From positions 8,370,001 to 8,434,000 of the forward strand of contig OZ004612.1 in assembly GCA_963924565.1 (NCBI GenBank): 64,000 bases of DNA, in the 5' to 3' direction. A model generated the notes under the pieces. That model was not told where the DNA came from. It searched no databases and was given only the letters and a program-made list of their open reading frames with translations. A program made the translations under genes and the position numbers. The DNA is from Ascidiella aspersa. Its lineage: Eukaryota. Each line of letters starts with the position of its first letter. Position 1 is the stretch's first letter. Of this stretch, positions 63,001 to 64,000 are shown one piece after another.

Positions 63001-63716
63001 CCAATCAGTATTGTTTCCGCAAGCAATGTGTAAAGTTGCGCTTATTTTCTGTTAAGGCGTCGGATCTTGTGTGCTGTTGACATTTTGTTTTTTTGAGCTG
63101 TGTGATTTAGTTTTTGCATTCAAAAATAATAATAATAATAACAATAATTAAATAAAAAAAAAGGCTTTACACCTTTAACGTATATGTGGTCTGTTAGTCG
63201 AACACCAAGAGTTTAGTTTTCAGCGATTCAAGTCGGCAATTCATCTCCCCGTGTTCAAATGTATTCGAAAAGGCTGAGGAAATTATTTGGTTAAAAAGCT
63301 AAATATTAGTTTGAAATATGAAATATTTAAATATAAATATTAGTTTGAATAATGAAACTTGACAACATGGCACCTGAGCTAGATGTTAGACGAAACGTAT
63401 TGCCTTTGTGTTGGAAATTGGCGGCATACAAAAGCCCATATGTCTGACGAAAAACAGTCAAAAAATTTTAATCGCAAATGATTAAATAACACAATAAACT
63501 GGTTCTTACGAAGCATGTCATGGGCCCAAGGTACTTGATTGACAACTTAAGCCACATCCGTCCTGGCCGTTCACCGACCATATCGACCAGATTAGACCAG
63601 AAACGATCAAAGTCGTAAAACCATCCCACCGCTACGCACTCGCAACCAGCAATAAGGAACCAGCACCATCCAGCTGCCGCATACTGGTTGAAGATTTCGA
63701 ACACGTAAGCTCCGCC
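60004..63716 (-). CDS. SLC6 transporter paralog C, last three exons (5' part beyond the window)
   Basis: Exons 63716-63510, 62490-62314 and 60120-60004 (VLRRPDMEIKRHG...EEFLELKSASEDIKISF*); sizes match paralogs A and B. Confidence 0.9.
60795..61432. mobile_element. hAT-like MITE containing a nested hAT MITE (60917-61217)
   Basis: Outer CAG..TGGTCCAACT TIRs; inner CAGTGGTT...AACCGCTG with exact TSD GCCTATGG. Confidence 0.8.
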
Positions 63717-64000
63717 CTGAATGTAAGTTTTTGTGGTCATACACTCATTTCGAAAAGCAACAAGTATAAAACTTGCGAGACACCTTTGTTATAATGACTT
63801 AATTCAGCAACGTTTATTTGAGCTACTTTGTAGACACGGTGTCATGTATTCCTATATCAGTGGTTCCCAACACGTTTTAAAGGCGACCCATTTAAAAAAA
63901 AATTAATTTTGTATAATCTTGCGACCCAAGTAAATACAAGATTGCGTTGCAAACAAACTGCATTACAAAGGCAGTTACTTTTTCCGAAAATAATATGTTT

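Overview
AT-rich, intron-containing animal genomic DNA. It looks like a compact invertebrate genome; a tunicate is a guess, not shown. Host genes: (1) a disrupted METTL27/WBSCR27-like SAM-methyltransferase fragment at the left edge (-); (2) a two-coding-exon gamma-glutamylcyclotransferase-like gene (-); (3) a six-exon RDH11/12/13/14-type short-chain dehydrogenase (+); (4) a cluster of three divergent SLC6 transporters of the GABA/taurine/creatine subfamily. Two are complete 12-coding-exon genes on +, and one convergent partial gene lies on -. Mobile DNA is dense: a full-length CsRn1-clade Ty3/Gypsy element with identical LTRs in an SLC6 intron, a PIF/Harbinger remnant (nuclease tail plus MADF gene), a 4-kb Mutator-like foldback element with a 9-bp TSD, a piggyBac derivative, many hAT- and Merlin-like MITEs, and a Penelope-like palindrome carrying a minimal hammerhead ribozyme core. 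The most notable points are the SLC6 cluster (remodelled gate and binding residues, an intact duplicated alternative last exon, exon-limited homogenisation, conserved GC-AG and AAG splice sites) and the intronic hammerhead palindrome. All calls are by eye; no database searches were run.
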